This document shows positions 50,693 to 60,973 of a DNA stretch of 64,000 nucleotides, piece by piece. The stretch is from assembly GCA_965216785.1 (NCBI GenBank), contig OZ244197.1, positions 768,001 to 832,000 on the forward strand. The letters are read 5' to 3'. The stretch comes from Thermodesulfobacteriota bacterium (GTDB lineage: Bacteria; Desulfobacterota_D; UBA1144; Nemesobacterales; UBA2774). The translations under genes and the position numbers were made by a program. A model generated the notes under the pieces. It was not told the origin of the DNA and ran no database searches. It was given only the letters and a program-made list of their open reading frames with translations. Each line of letters begins with the position of its first letter. The stretch's first letter is position 1.

Positions 50693-51871
50693 TTATCTGC
50701 CCAATACGATTTTACCCATGGGAACCCAGCTGCTGGCGCCTGTTACCCGGGGCATATTGGTCTTATTCCCTGAGACGAGCTCGTTTGCTAAAACCGCGAA
50801 GGCAACCGCCTCTTTAGCCTCAGAGGGAATACCGTAATTATCCGTTGTCGTGCACTCATACCCATTAAGTCTATCCCTGAGCTTATGCATTAAGACAGGA
50901 TTTTTACACCCGCCGCCGCTGAACACGATTTCACTCACTTGCCACTTAGGAAATATAAATTTTTCATATGACTGAGCGATCGTTTCCACAGTCAGGGTTA
51001 ATAGAGTCTGCAGCAGGTCGGGTAATGTAACCGACCCTTTTTCAACCATGGAATAAAGCTCCGCTGCTTTTTCACTGCCGAAAAGCTCCTCACCCGTGGT
51101 CTTTGGAGGAGGCAGAGTGTAATAAGGCTCCGTCATAAGCTCGGTAAGTAGTTCACTCTTAACTACGCCTTTAGAAGCCAGTTTCCCGCTCTCGTCATAG
51201 CCCTCTCGTCCTTTTGTTGCAAGACTAATCACTTTATCCATAAGCATATTACCAGGGCCCGTATCGAACGCTATTACGTCCTCGATATTCTCTGTTACAA
51301 CTGTGGCATTCCCGATACCGCCTATGTTCTGCGCAATCTTAACCCGGTCCTTCTCACTGAGTAACAAATAGTCAAAATAAGGCACGAGGGGCGCTCCCTC
51401 TCCTCCGCAGGCAATGTCACGCGTCCTGAAATCCCCAACCGTCGTAACTCCCGTACGCTCGGCAATCACGCTCGTCTCCCCAATCTGGAGCGTTGATGGG
51501 ACACCGTCTTTGCGCAGTGGCGGGTTGTGAAATACTGTCTGGCCGTGCGAGCCTATGAGATCGACTTCACCTATATCACATCCGGCCTCGCTTGCTACAG
51601 CCTGTGCGGCATCTGCAAATTCCTCACCTATGAGAAAATTCAGATCCGAAATTTTCTGAACAGTGCAAGAGGGTAGTAGATCATCTAGCCTATCTCTTAC
51701 TTCTGTACTATAAGGAACGCATGTGAATTTTACTAACTCTACTTTTGTATCTACACCCGAGCCTTTTAGCTTAACCAGCGCCGCGTCAATGCCGTCCTTA
51801 GAGGTTCCGGATATTAAGCCGATTGCTAGTCGGTCATTTTTATCTAATAATGAGAGGAGGTTAGTAGTCAT
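50693..51871 (-). CDS. anmK: Anhydro-N-acetylmuramic acid kinase
   Basis: GLISGTS.DGID, GSHGQTVFH, GG.GAPL, NIGGI, FDTGPGN and KEA.AFA motifs. Confidence 0.95.
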   Translation of the reverse strand: MTTNLLSLLDKNDRLAIGLISGTSKDGIDAALVKLKGSGVDTKVELVKFTCVPYSTEVRDRLDDLLPSCTVQKISDLNFLIGEEFADAAQAVASEAGCDIGEVDLIGSHGQTVFHNPPLRKDGVPSTLQIGETSVIAERTGVTTVGDFRTRDIACGGEGAPLVPYFDYLLLSEKDRVKIAQNIGGIGNATVVTENIEDVIAFDTGPGNMLMDKVISLATKGREGYDESGKLASKGVVKSELLTELMTEPYYTLPPPKTTGEELFGSEKAAELYSMVEKGSVTLPDLLQTLLTLTVETIAQSYEKFIFPKWQVSEIVFSGGGCKNPVLMHKLRDRLNGYECTTTDNYGIPSEAKEAVAFAVLANELVSGNKTNMPRVTGASSWVPMGKIVLGR

Positions 51872-51898
51872 AATAATGGCTGAATACAATGTTCATAT

Positions 51899-52795
51899 CT
51901 ATCCAAGCGCTTTTCTCAAAAACCCGTCATTATCGGCCAAAATCTTCTTGGCTTCTTCAAAGCTTACATCTTTTACTGCCATAACTACCGAAGACTTAAC
52001 GTCCCACCCAGATTTCTCAAGCAGCTCAAGAGCACTCTTTTCATCCACGTTCCCGATATGCACTACAATCCTCTGAGCCCTGTCCCTTAACTTAGACGAG
52101 CGAGGCTGAACGTCCACCATCAGGTTCCCGTATGTTTTGCCCAGCAGCACCATCGAAGCCGTAGTCAGCATGTTGAGCACCATCTTGGTTGCCGTGCCCG
52201 CCTTCATCCGTGTTGAGCCCACCAGAGCCTCGGGGCCAACGAGTAGTGATATAACGACATCCGCTGAATCCTCCTGAACAGGATTACATGTCACCAATAT
52301 CCTTCCGCTGCCCATTTCTTGAGCGTGTTTAAGAGCGCTCTGTACGTAGGGCGTTGTAGCGCTCGCGGCTATACCTACCAATACGTCTTCAGAGGACAAT
52401 CCCGCCTCAGATAATGCTAGTACCGCATCCTCACCCCTGTCTTCTGCCCCTTCAACCGATTGCCACACTGCTCCCTTGCCCCCTGCGATGATTGCTTGGA
52501 TTAACTCCGGATCTGTACCAAACGTAGGTGGACACTCGGCTGCTTCCATCACACCGAGCCTCCCGCTCGTACCGGCGCCTATAAAGAAAATACGTCCTCC
52601 GTTTCTAAGTTTGCCGACTATTAAATCCACAGCGGAGGCAATATCGCTCCTCACTTTTTCAATTGCGTCTGTAATAGTCCTGTCCTCATTCAAGATGAGT
52701 CCAACGAGCTCTGCGGAAGAGCACTTATCCAGGTCAACAGTTCTTGGATTTATCTTCTCGGTGATGAGATGTCCGGTTTTTCTACTTTCATTCAC
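51899..52795 (-). CDS. murQ: N-acetylmuramic acid 6-phosphate etherase
   Basis: GAGTSGRLG, ECPPTFG, GSTRMKAGTA and NLMVD motifs. Confidence 0.96.
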   Translation of the reverse strand: MNESRKTGHLITEKINPRTVDLDKCSSAELVGLILNEDRTITDAIEKVRSDIASAVDLIVGKLRNGGRIFFIGAGTSGRLGVMEAAECPPTFGTDPELIQAIIAGGKGAVWQSVEGAEDRGEDAVLALSEAGLSSEDVLVGIAASATTPYVQSALKHAQEMGSGRILVTCNPVQEDSADVVISLLVGPEALVGSTRMKAGTATKMVLNMLTTASMVLLGKTYGNLMVDVQPRSSKLRDRAQRIVVHIGNVDEKSALELLEKSGWDVKSSVVMAVKDVSFEEAKKILADNDGFLRKALG

Positions 52796-52887
52796 AGTAG
52801 GTATTATATCTTGTATTACGGTACAAATTAACCGGGCTTGGTATTAGATTGACTTTTATTACCGATTATAATAGATTTTGTTGAGTC

Positions 52888-52961
52888 GCGGGTGTAGCTC
52901 AGCTGGCTAGAGCATAAGCTTCCCAAGCTTAGGGTCGCGGGTTCGAATCCCGTCACCCGCT
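52888..52961 (+). tRNA. tRNA-Gly (CCC); CCA end not encoded
   Basis: Acceptor GCGGGTG/CACCCGC, anticodon arm TAAGC-TTCCCAA-GCTTA, GGTTCGAATCC, U discriminator. Confidence 0.95.
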
Positions 52962-53028
52962 CAACTTAACATAAACTTTTACATTTACAGTAGTTTGAGA
53001 TAGCGGATGGAGTTAACGCTACTTTGAC

Positions 53029-54111
53029 TTAGTTTGTCGCGGAAGTGTTCCCGTCGGCCTGATTTTCCTTTTCCTGATCCACAAGATAGCGGACAGCGGC
53101 CCTTACGAACTTGCTCCTCTCAGCCTCTCCAAGTATTCCCTTCAGACTGTCATATATGCTCGGGTCTATGAGCAGCGCGCCCAATGTGCCGTCTCCTCCC
53201 CTCAGCATGTCTGAAATCTGCCTGAAATTTATCATGGTAGCTTGTAGCTCCGTGACCACGCCGTCCTCGCCGTTAAGCTTGCTTGAAGCATCACTAATGT
53301 TGGCAAACGTGTTGTCTATGTCCTCTGAGAGCTTGTCATTGTAAATGAGTTCATGAAGAGTCCCGTCCCCGTTATTGATCTCATTCATCAGCTTATCCAG
53401 CTTTGCCACGGCCTTATTGAGCCTTACCAGCGTATTCTCTTCGAGCGCTTTGCCTTTTGCGTCTTTCGGACCGTAAATCATTGTATTCAGTATCCCGTCC
53501 CCGCTCTCTATAGCTTGAAGGTTTTTCTGAATCGCCTCTGAGCTTGCCTTAACTGAAGCGATCGTTTTACTAATATTCGATATATTCTCCTCTTCCCCAA
53601 ATCCTTTTACTATTCTATCCAGGTTCTTTGAAATACTTATTACATTAGCGAGTAAGTCTCCTGACTGCCCAAGGATACTTGTGAGCTCAAAAGGAGTTTC
53701 GCTCTGGATCTGCACTACATCCGGTGGATCGGTCAAAGGTTTTTCTTTACCGGGCATAATCTCAATATATTTATCTCCCAAAAGCCCTTCTGTCCGTATT
53801 GTTGCCTCAGAGTCCGGATTTAGTCTTTGCATCCCTTCTTTACTAATCTTCATGGAAACCTGGATAACCTTTTCACCTTGAGGCTGTTTTGCAAAGTCTA
53901 TATCCGTCACAGCACCGATGCGTACACCGGAGAGTCTGACGGCCGCACCCCTAATTAGCCCCGCCGCGTTTTTAAACGAAGTATTCACAGTATAGCTTTT
54001 CTCGAAAATGCTCTGGTCCCCGGTCAGAAACATAACTATCATAATAAAAATGCTTACCGCTATTACAACGAATAAGCCTACTCTAAAATAAATTACCCTC
54101 TGATTTTTCAT
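53029..54111 (-). CDS. MlaD/MCE family protein with long helical domain
   Basis: VGLFV TM; GL..GA.VRLSGVRIG.V and GLLGDKYIEI motifs. Confidence 0.9.
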   Translation of the reverse strand: MKNQRVIYFRVGLFVVIAVSIFIMIVMFLTGDQSIFEKSYTVNTSFKNAAGLIRGAAVRLSGVRIGAVTDIDFAKQPQGEKVIQVSMKISKEGMQRLNPDSEATIRTEGLLGDKYIEIMPGKEKPLTDPPDVVQIQSETPFELTSILGQSGDLLANVISISKNLDRIVKGFGEEENISNISKTIASVKASSEAIQKNLQAIESGDGILNTMIYGPKDAKGKALEENTLVRLNKAVAKLDKLMNEINNGDGTLHELIYNDKLSEDIDNTFANISDASSKLNGEDGVVTELQATMINFRQISDMLRGGDGTLGALLIDPSIYDSLKGILGEAERSKFVRAAVRYLVDQEKENQADGNTSATN

Positions 54112-54440
54112 TCCATTTATCTCCCGAATATAGGGTTAAAACTTTTTATACTCAAATATTGTTATTTAGGTTTTGAACCCCGCCGTATTAAGTATAGAAG
54201 ATTATACGTAACAATTCGGCAATTCTCAAAGCATATATGAGCTGTACACATCTATTTATTCCGAATAATCTCAATATATTATAAGTCACGTAATACACTC
54301 CTTAAATTGCAAACTTGGAATTTTCAAGCAGTCCGCTAAAATAATAGTCTTTATTGAAGAGGTCGGCGCTTTTTAATTACTACAATGTAATTGTGTTTAT
54401 ACCTTAGCTGCCTAACCCGTATCTCAGAAGGAGTAAGAAA

Positions 54441-56003
54441 ATGCAAAAAATTACAAGGGCTGTCATAAGCGTCTCTGACAAAGAGGGAATTACTGATTTC
54501 GCCAAAGGTCTAAGCGATCTGGGTATAGAGATTTTATCTACCGGCGGAACCGCTAAAAAACTCAGGGACGAGGGGATAGAGGTAAAAGATATCTCCGATT
54601 ATACCGGCTCTCCCGAGATACTGGGAGGAAGAGTCAAAACGCTCCATCCAAAGCTCCACGGCGGCATTTTAGCGCTGAGAGACGATAGTTCTCATAAACA
54701 GCAGATGGAAGAAAACAATATCGAACCTATTGATCTTGTCGTGGTCAACCTATATCCCTTTGAGGAAGTGATAAAGAAAGAGTCCACCGATCTTACCGAA
54801 GCAATTGAGAATATAGATATCGGCGGCCCCACAATGCTGAGAGCCGCAGCTAAAAACTATAAGCATGTAACCCTTATAACTCACCCTGAGGATTACGGGT
54901 CTGTACTTGAGGAATTAAATAAAGAGGGCGGTTCTGTAACTGAAGAAACAAACTTCAGACTTGCTGTGAAAGCATTTTCATACGTAGCCCGCTACGATGC
55001 AGCAATCTCAAACTACTTAGGCGCTGTGACTAAAGAGGGAACAAAAGGAAAATTCCCGGAGAGTCTGACCATACATATGAATAAGAGAATGAAGCTCCGC
55101 TACGGAGAAAACCCCCATCAGGAGGGATCGTTCTACGTCGAGTCGGATATTGACCGTCCTTGCATATCAAATTCTACGCAGCTACAGGGTAAAGAGCTTT
55201 CTCTCAACAATATATACGACACGGATGCGGCACTAGAAGCTGTTAAGGACTACCAAGAGACCGCCTGTGTTGTAGTGAAACACAACAATCCTTGCGGGGT
55301 TGCAACAGACGAGAAAGTAGTAGAGGCCTTTCTAAAGGCCAAGGCCTGTGACCCGGTAAGCTCCTTTGGCGGTATTGTTGCCTTTAACAGAGAAGTTGAT
55401 GAAGCCACTGCTAAAGAGCTTGCAGCCATGTTCCTTGAAGTTATAATAGCTCCCGGCTACTCGGATAAAGCCCTTGAGATACTAGCCGAGAAAGGGAACC
55501 TGAGGGTCATGAAAACACCGCCTCTCGATAAAGGCGTGAAAACAGGTCTCGACTTCAAAAAGGTCGTTGGCGGAGCGCTTGTGCAGGACAGGGACGCGGG
55601 CATTGAAAATGACTTCAATGAGATGAGGGTGGAAACAAAGCGTCAACCTACCGATGAGGAGCTCAGCGCGCTTAAATTTGCCTGGAAAGTATGTAAGCAC
55701 GTAAAGTCTAACGCTATAGTGTTTGCAAATGACGGACAAACTGTCGGCATTGGCGCAGGACAGATGAGCAGGGTCGATTCGGTCAAGATAGCCACGATAA
55801 AGGCCGAGCTTCCAACTAAAGGAGCCGTGCTTGCGTCAGATGCGTTCTTCCCCTTCAGAGACGGTATAGATGAGGCCGCTAAAGCCGGTATTACCGCGAT
55901 TGTACAGCCTGGGGGGTCTATAAGGGACAACGATATCATCGAGGCTTGCGACGAGCACGGTATCGCAATGGTGTTTACGGGCTTCAGACATTTTAAACAT
56001 TAA
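54441..56003 (+). CDS. purH: Bifunctional AICAR transformylase/IMP cyclohydrolase
   Basis: SVSDK, GRVKTLHP, IDIGGP, RYGENPHQ, ASDAFFPF and RHFKH motifs. Confidence 0.98.
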   Translation: MQKITRAVISVSDKEGITDFAKGLSDLGIEILSTGGTAKKLRDEGIEVKDISDYTGSPEILGGRVKTLHPKLHGGILALRDDSSHKQQMEENNIEPIDLVVVNLYPFEEVIKKESTDLTEAIENIDIGGPTMLRAAAKNYKHVTLITHPEDYGSVLEELNKEGGSVTEETNFRLAVKAFSYVARYDAAISNYLGAVTKEGTKGKFPESLTIHMNKRMKLRYGENPHQEGSFYVESDIDRPCISNSTQLQGKELSLNNIYDTDAALEAVKDYQETACVVVKHNNPCGVATDEKVVEAFLKAKACDPVSSFGGIVAFNREVDEATAKELAAMFLEVIIAPGYSDKALEILAEKGNLRVMKTPPLDKGVKTGLDFKKVVGGALVQDRDAGIENDFNEMRVETKRQPTDEELSALKFAWKVCKHVKSNAIVFANDGQTVGIGAGQMSRVDSVKIATIKAELPTKGAVLASDAFFPFRDGIDEAAKAGITAIVQPGGSIRDNDIIEACDEHGIAMVFTGFRHFKH

Positions 56004-56142
56004 TATACGACCAACTACAGCTCTTTAGTAAGCTAATATGAGCTTAATATCCAAAGCGACATAGCTGTATAAACAGGATCAGCGAAGAGCTATTTCTTTG
56101 CCGCTTAAACTAGCTATACAATCCAAATAGACACGCCCTATT

Positions 56143-56171
56143 TTGACCCTACTGGCAAGACACTATATAAT
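56143..56171 (+). promoter_or_regulatory. Sigma70-type promoter
   Basis: TTGACC-N17-TATAAT, 11 nt before ATG 56183. Confidence 0.65.
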
Positions 56172-56182
56172 GAGATTACACG

Positions 56183-56773
56183 ATGAAAGTCACCGTATTC
56201 TACGACTACAATTGCCCCTTTTGCTACCTTGGGTCTATGAGCCTTAACGAGCTCTTAAAAGAATTTGAAATGGAAATCGAGTGGAAGGGTTTTGAGATTC
56301 ATCCCGAATTCCCGCCAGAGGGCAAGAAACGCTCAAAGTCAATGAAGTCCCTCAGAGTCAGCGGCGGGGTCATGGAGATGGCCCGAGAAGACGGATTTCA
56401 AATAAAACTCCCCGGATTCGCGGCAAACTCAAGGCTTGCACTGGAGGGCTCTGAGTTTGCCAAAACCAAAGGTCTCTTCAAAGCGTTTCACGAGAGTGTA
56501 TATGAAGCATATTTCAGGAAAGGCCACAACATAGGCGATATAAATTTGCTCCTCGAAATAGGTTCTATGATTGGTTTGGATAAAGAAGAGTTAGAAGATG
56601 CGCTGCTCAGCAGAAGTATGTACCAGAAGATAGAGGACAATAGGACGGAAGCTCAGTATAACCGTATTTTAGGCGTACCTACATATATATTCGGCAAATT
56701 CCCCGTACATGGTTACCAACCAACTGAAACATTCAGAAAAATAATCCAAAGAGCTATCGAAAGATCCCAATAA
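56183..56773 (+). CDS. DsbA family (FrnE-like) oxidoreductase
   Basis: DYNCPFCYLG and GVPT motifs. Confidence 0.88.
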   Translation: MKVTVFYDYNCPFCYLGSMSLNELLKEFEMEIEWKGFEIHPEFPPEGKKRSKSMKSLRVSGGVMEMAREDGFQIKLPGFAANSRLALEGSEFAKTKGLFKAFHESVYEAYFRKGHNIGDINLLLEIGSMIGLDKEELEDALLSRSMYQKIEDNRTEAQYNRILGVPTYIFGKFPVHGYQPTETFRKIIQRAIERSQ

Positions 56774-56809
56774 AAAAACCCCTTCTCCCGCGCTAGGCAA
56801 GAGAAGGGG
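56773..56809. terminator. Terminator between convergent genes (U-tract on the - strand, for the porin gene)
   Basis: AAAAAA-CCCCTTCTC...GAGAAGGGG. Confidence 0.7.
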
Positions 56810-56860
56810 CCAGAAAACTTTTACAAGGTGAACCGTAAGTAACCGGTTCCCTGGTTGTTT

Positions 56861-58450
56861 TTATTTGAAGAACTGATCTATGAAGATCATTAACCTACCC
56901 TGAATAGTCCAAGGAGTTTCGTCATAGTTAGTCCTGTCAGGATCAACTTGATTATCAGCTAATACGTCAATCGCCTGAGCAGTGAGTAACTCATCCAAGC
57001 TGTCTCCGGTGAATACTACGCCACCGATAAGATCAAAGCTTACTCCCGGATGTATATGCCAGGTAAGCGTACCTTCAAGCTCAGTACCCATGTATGAGCT
57101 AACGTTGTCAACAACTATACCGTTTCCGAGTATACCGTTAACTTCAACGTTGCTGGTCTGCTCGTTGAAAGCAACCAGTACCTGCGGTGTGAAGGAAATG
57201 GAGTCTATAAGCTTCACAGTTCCCCACAACCTTGCATAGTAAGCGTTTATAACGCTACCTTCCTGCTGATACAGGTTAGGTACTATGTGCTTGAAGAGAA
57301 GGTTGTCGATGTTGTAAGCCGGGTTAAACATAAGTCCACTACCGTTACCAGTTAAGGCATCGGAGTTTGCATTGTTACCCTGCGCCCAACCGAACTCAGC
57401 AGCAACGATCTTAAGTGGCCATCCCGGATATACTTCTGCGCGAGCTGCCCAAATCCAGCTAAGATCGATATCTAGATCAGATCCGTCTCCAACGCCTGTG
57501 CCCTGGAAGTTGATCTCACCCTGCCAAGCCTGGAACTCACCAACTAATCTCCAAAGGTCTGTCTTAACATCTAAGAGACCTGAGAAGAGGGTCAACCTGT
57601 CTAGATCAATACCGCTAACAGCAGTACCGCCAGCAGGAGGAGCCGGGTTAGTTCCACCTATGGTTAGGTTTGTCTGGTGAATGTATGGGAATACATAACC
57701 ACCAATCGTTAAGTTGGTACCCATAACGTTCGGGTTGTTGAAGATAAGAGCAAATGCTCCACCGTCCCATCCGTCACCGCCGCCTGTAACAACTGAGTTA
57801 CCCTGCGTGAATCTATCAGTAACGAATACGAATGTTATGGAAGATGAACCTGCAGCAAACGACTTAAGATACAGGAACCTGTCAAGAACAAAACCGAGGT
57901 CAGAATAAGGATCCCAACCACCGTTTGCCAGGATACCAATACCCCAGTCAAAAGGCTGACGTCCAACTCTTAAGAAACCGAGATTGTGCGGAAGCACTAT
58001 ATCGGCGTGCAACATTCTGACATCAAAGAATCCAGGATCATCAATCGCTCCCGAACCAGTCAGAAGTGCGCCTCTAAATCTATCGCTGAAAGATAGGCTA
58101 GAGTTAATGACTGTGCTACGTCCACCAACAAACTCGGATGTAGCTCCACCCCAGATGTTGTTATCAAACACGTTTAACTGTGTTCTGATTGTAACAGCAT
58201 CGCTAAGAACTAGCTGTGGGGTTAAACGCAGCGTGGTGTCTGCGAAAAAGATGTTGTCATTATTATCATTAAATCCGAGCTGCTTCGCGTTGTTGTTGCT
58301 CAACGCAGAAATAAACGTAGCGTTACCGATGTAACGCGCTCTCGTCCTCATAAAGCTAGGAAAGCCGCCTAGGGTGAGCTCTACTGCAAAAGTAGGAGCG
58401 GCCATGGAAAGAGCCAATAAAAACATAATAAGCCATTTGGCTTTATTCAT
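56861..58450 (-). CDS. Outer-membrane beta-barrel protein, candidate major porin
   Basis: Signal peptide; amphipathic strands; GRQPFDWGIGILANGG; perfect SD AAGGAGGT; consensus promoter; biased codon use (GGT/AAC/TTC-rich). Confidence 0.75.
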   Translation of the reverse strand: MNKAKWLIMFLLALSMAAPTFAVELTLGGFPSFMRTRARYIGNATFISALSNNNAKQLGFNDNNDNIFFADTTLRLTPQLVLSDAVTIRTQLNVFDNNIWGGATSEFVGGRSTVINSSLSFSDRFRGALLTGSGAIDDPGFFDVRMLHADIVLPHNLGFLRVGRQPFDWGIGILANGGWDPYSDLGFVLDRFLYLKSFAAGSSSITFVFVTDRFTQGNSVVTGGGDGWDGGAFALIFNNPNVMGTNLTIGGYVFPYIHQTNLTIGGTNPAPPAGGTAVSGIDLDRLTLFSGLLDVKTDLWRLVGEFQAWQGEINFQGTGVGDGSDLDIDLSWIWAARAEVYPGWPLKIVAAEFGWAQGNNANSDALTGNGSGLMFNPAYNIDNLLFKHIVPNLYQQEGSVINAYYARLWGTVKLIDSISFTPQVLVAFNEQTSNVEVNGILGNGIVVDNVSSYMGTELEGTLTWHIHPGVSFDLIGGVVFTGDSLDELLTAQAIDVLADNQVDPDRTNYDETPWTIQGRLMIFIDQFFK

Positions 58451-58493
58451 CTCTCCTTACCTCCTTTGGTTTGGTTTTTAAAGTTCTGAGCTT

Positions 58494-58522
58494 ACTTTAT
58501 ATAAATTAAATACTTTTGTCAA
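58494..58522 (-). promoter_or_regulatory. Sigma70-type promoter of the candidate major porin
   Basis: TTGACA-N17-TAAAGT on the - strand. Confidence 0.65.
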
Positions 58523-58711
58523 GAGGTTTTTTTACCTAACGCACCGTACCTCTTGAAACTTCTTTAATCTTCTCTCCGATTCTTTGATTCTACCACATTC
58601 TCATTAAAAATCTAGTTCTAATTTCACATTTATGAAAAATTCTTCATATTGCTCTTTAATATTGCTTTCCATTCAAATGTATCAGAATTAATGCAGTTTT
58701 GCAAACCCAAC

Positions 58712-58755
58712 TTTAACCATAACTTAACATCTACTTAATAATCGCCCGCTATCCT
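58712..58755 (+). promoter_or_regulatory. Pho-box-like 11-bp direct repeats plus -10 element
   Basis: TTTAAC(58712), CTTAAC(58723), CTTAAT(58734), then N10, then TATCCT. Confidence 0.7.
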
Positions 58756-58763
58756 TGAGTGTT

Positions 58764-59462
58764 ATGAAGCTACTGATACTATCTGACATACATGCCAACT
58801 GGCAGGCACTTGACGCTGTGTTAAACAAAGAAAGCTACGATGGACTAATATTTCTGGGCGATGCCGTAGATTTTGGTCCCGATCCCGGAAACTGCGTAAG
58901 GTTTCTGATGAATTCATCAAAACGCAGGTTTTGGGCCGTCAGAGGCGACCATGATTATGGGATGGCTTATGGTTTAAACAGTAAATGCACCAAAGAGTTA
59001 AGAGATATATCGGCAATCTCAAGAGATTGGGGCGAAGGTTATCTGGGTGGAGAAGAGGTCGGCTTCTTAAGAAGACTTCCCGCTGTTAACACTTTTAGCA
59101 TTGAAGAAGACGATTTTGAGCTGGTACACGGCTCTGAGCTCAGTTCATGCAAGATTAGGTGTTTTTATGAGAGATCCGAGCCAAACAATGAACGCAGAAG
59201 ATTTATACTCGTAGGCCATTCGCATAAACCCTATATAAAGAACTACGGTAATACAACCATTCTCAATCCAGGCTCGGTAGGGCAACCTCGGGATTTTAAC
59301 CCCAGAGCCTCTTACGCTGTAATAGAAAACGGAGAGACCAGGGTCGGCAGAGTAACTTATGACATAGAAAAGACAGTAAAGGGACTAGAGAAAAGCTCTA
59401 TGCCGGTGGATGTTACAGGAAAGCTAACCTCTGTGCTAATACACGGCGGAATAGTTAATTGA
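58764..59462 (+). CDS. Metallophosphoesterase (calcineurin-like, YfcE-type)
   Basis: SDIHAN, GDAVD, GDHD, HGS, GHSH and NPGSVGQPRD motifs. Alternative start TTG 58755. Confidence 0.9.
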   Translation: MKLLILSDIHANWQALDAVLNKESYDGLIFLGDAVDFGPDPGNCVRFLMNSSKRRFWAVRGDHDYGMAYGLNSKCTKELRDISAISRDWGEGYLGGEEVGFLRRLPAVNTFSIEEDDFELVHGSELSSCKIRCFYERSEPNNERRRFILVGHSHKPYIKNYGNTTILNPGSVGQPRDFNPRASYAVIENGETRVGRVTYDIEKTVKGLEKSSMPVDVTGKLTSVLIHGGIVN

Positions 59463-59537
59463 TGTAGACGGGCTGTTTAGCTTGCGCATTATCTTTTCCC
59501 GTATTACCGCATATTTACACCTATTCCGGTTTAAATA

Positions 59538-60875
59538 CTAAAAGTAAGCTTGGAACTGTATCCTCAAAGCTTTTTGAGTCATATCCGGTACCCCCTGGGT
59601 AAACGTATCGTTTATGAACGAATAGCTTAGCTGAAGCTTCCATTTGTTGCTTTTTGATATGTAGTAATTAATCCCGGTTGTAAGCTCCGAGCTATCATCT
59701 CTCAGAACCTCCCCAACTCCAGCTTCCGCAGGAGAAGTATCATAATCTACAAAAGCCCATCTTCCTGCTATCTCGATCAAATCCGGGACCATAAATATTC
59801 CTGTTTGTACACGAAATCCCTGATCGTACACGGTTTCAGTGCCGCCAATTTCAGGTTCTATCCACCTGCCTAGATAAGCGGCTTCAACGTTAAACATAGG
59901 AAGCTTATACGCAGCGTCCCCGGTAATCGATACTACATTGCCTTTCTCTATACCCAATTCGATGAATCTTTGGATTAAAGCTCCCGAATCACCGTCGTTT
60001 TCTTTAACGCTTAAAGCGGGCAAGTAAACCAGAGCTGCCCCAAGTACAGATACCGGCGCTTTCGTAAAGTCCGGTACTATCGCGTAATCCCCGCCTATGG
60101 GAAATCCTCCACTGCCGTACTCTAGTGTTCCTCCGAAATTTAACTGCACTCTTGCTGCAATTGTTTCAGAATCAATAGACGAAGCATCTGCCGTATCGTC
60201 TGTTGCGGGAGAGGTAAACACAGCCGTACCATATGCTAAATGACTGCCTAAAATACCGTATAGACCGCCGCCGATTTTTCTGCCTAATGAAAACTCGGAA
60301 TTTACGATAGAGCGCTCGACGAGTAGCAGGGCTGTCCCGGAGTTTAACTGTTCTCTGTTAAAAGGAACCTTAAACTGTCCGATCCTGGGAAAAATCTTAC
60401 CAAAATATACAGCGTCCACATAGAAATCCTTAAACTCTACGCCGCTACTATCCCCGCCTTGGCCAAGCTTAACATTATCTCTACTGAGCTGGAGAACATA
60501 TTTAAGCCATGGTCTAAATACGTATCCGTCAAACTTCATCCTAAGCCTTCTGAAAAACAGATCGGTATCCGTATCATTATTATTATCTGTTAGAGAAAAT
60601 TGGAGCTGGATGAGCGTTTTGTAACGTACTCTGAAATTCCCTCTTTTCGTCTCGAATACAAGACCGTCGTCATAATGAGACTTTAAGAAGTTATAGAATG
60701 CTCTGGGCCTGGAGATTAATTTTCTAACAGGTTGGGGACTACTCTCACTTTGCTCAGAAGTTACCTCTTCCTTTACGGCAGGATCACCCGTTCCTTCCGG
60801 CTGCGCATGGGAATAGGAACCGGACAGCGCTGCAAATACGGATGTATAAATCGCTAATAGTAATAGATACTTCAT
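59538..60875 (-). CDS. Phosphate-selective porin O/P family protein
   Basis: FRRLRM, GQFKVPFNRE, GINYY motifs and C-terminal QAYF. Confidence 0.8.
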   Translation of the reverse strand: MKYLLLLAIYTSVFAALSGSYSHAQPEGTGDPAVKEEVTSEQSESSPQPVRKLISRPRAFYNFLKSHYDDGLVFETKRGNFRVRYKTLIQLQFSLTDNNNDTDTDLFFRRLRMKFDGYVFRPWLKYVLQLSRDNVKLGQGGDSSGVEFKDFYVDAVYFGKIFPRIGQFKVPFNREQLNSGTALLLVERSIVNSEFSLGRKIGGGLYGILGSHLAYGTAVFTSPATDDTADASSIDSETIAARVQLNFGGTLEYGSGGFPIGGDYAIVPDFTKAPVSVLGAALVYLPALSVKENDGDSGALIQRFIELGIEKGNVVSITGDAAYKLPMFNVEAAYLGRWIEPEIGGTETVYDQGFRVQTGIFMVPDLIEIAGRWAFVDYDTSPAEAGVGEVLRDDSSELTTGINYYISKSNKWKLQLSYSFINDTFTQGVPDMTQKALRIQFQAYF

Positions 60876-60973
60876 GTTATAGCCCCGCCGCGTTATATGA
60901 TTTTAGCTCAGGGTGTTTGAGAATCAAAATGATGGTTACTCAAGGGAACTTCGTTTTTCAGCTATATTTCATA

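Noticed and set aside
52965-52990. CTTAAC downstream of the tRNA as a possible Pho box
   Set aside because: Only one good unit, no 11-bp array, and not upstream of a gene.
52888-53028. tRNA-Gly as a possible integration site
   Set aside because: No integrase, no duplicated tRNA 3' end seen, and housekeeping genes on both sides.
54340-54440. Possible ZTP or purine riboswitch upstream of purH
   Set aside because: Lacks the GACUGGCG/GCCUGGGC (ZTP) and purine riboswitch consensus elements.
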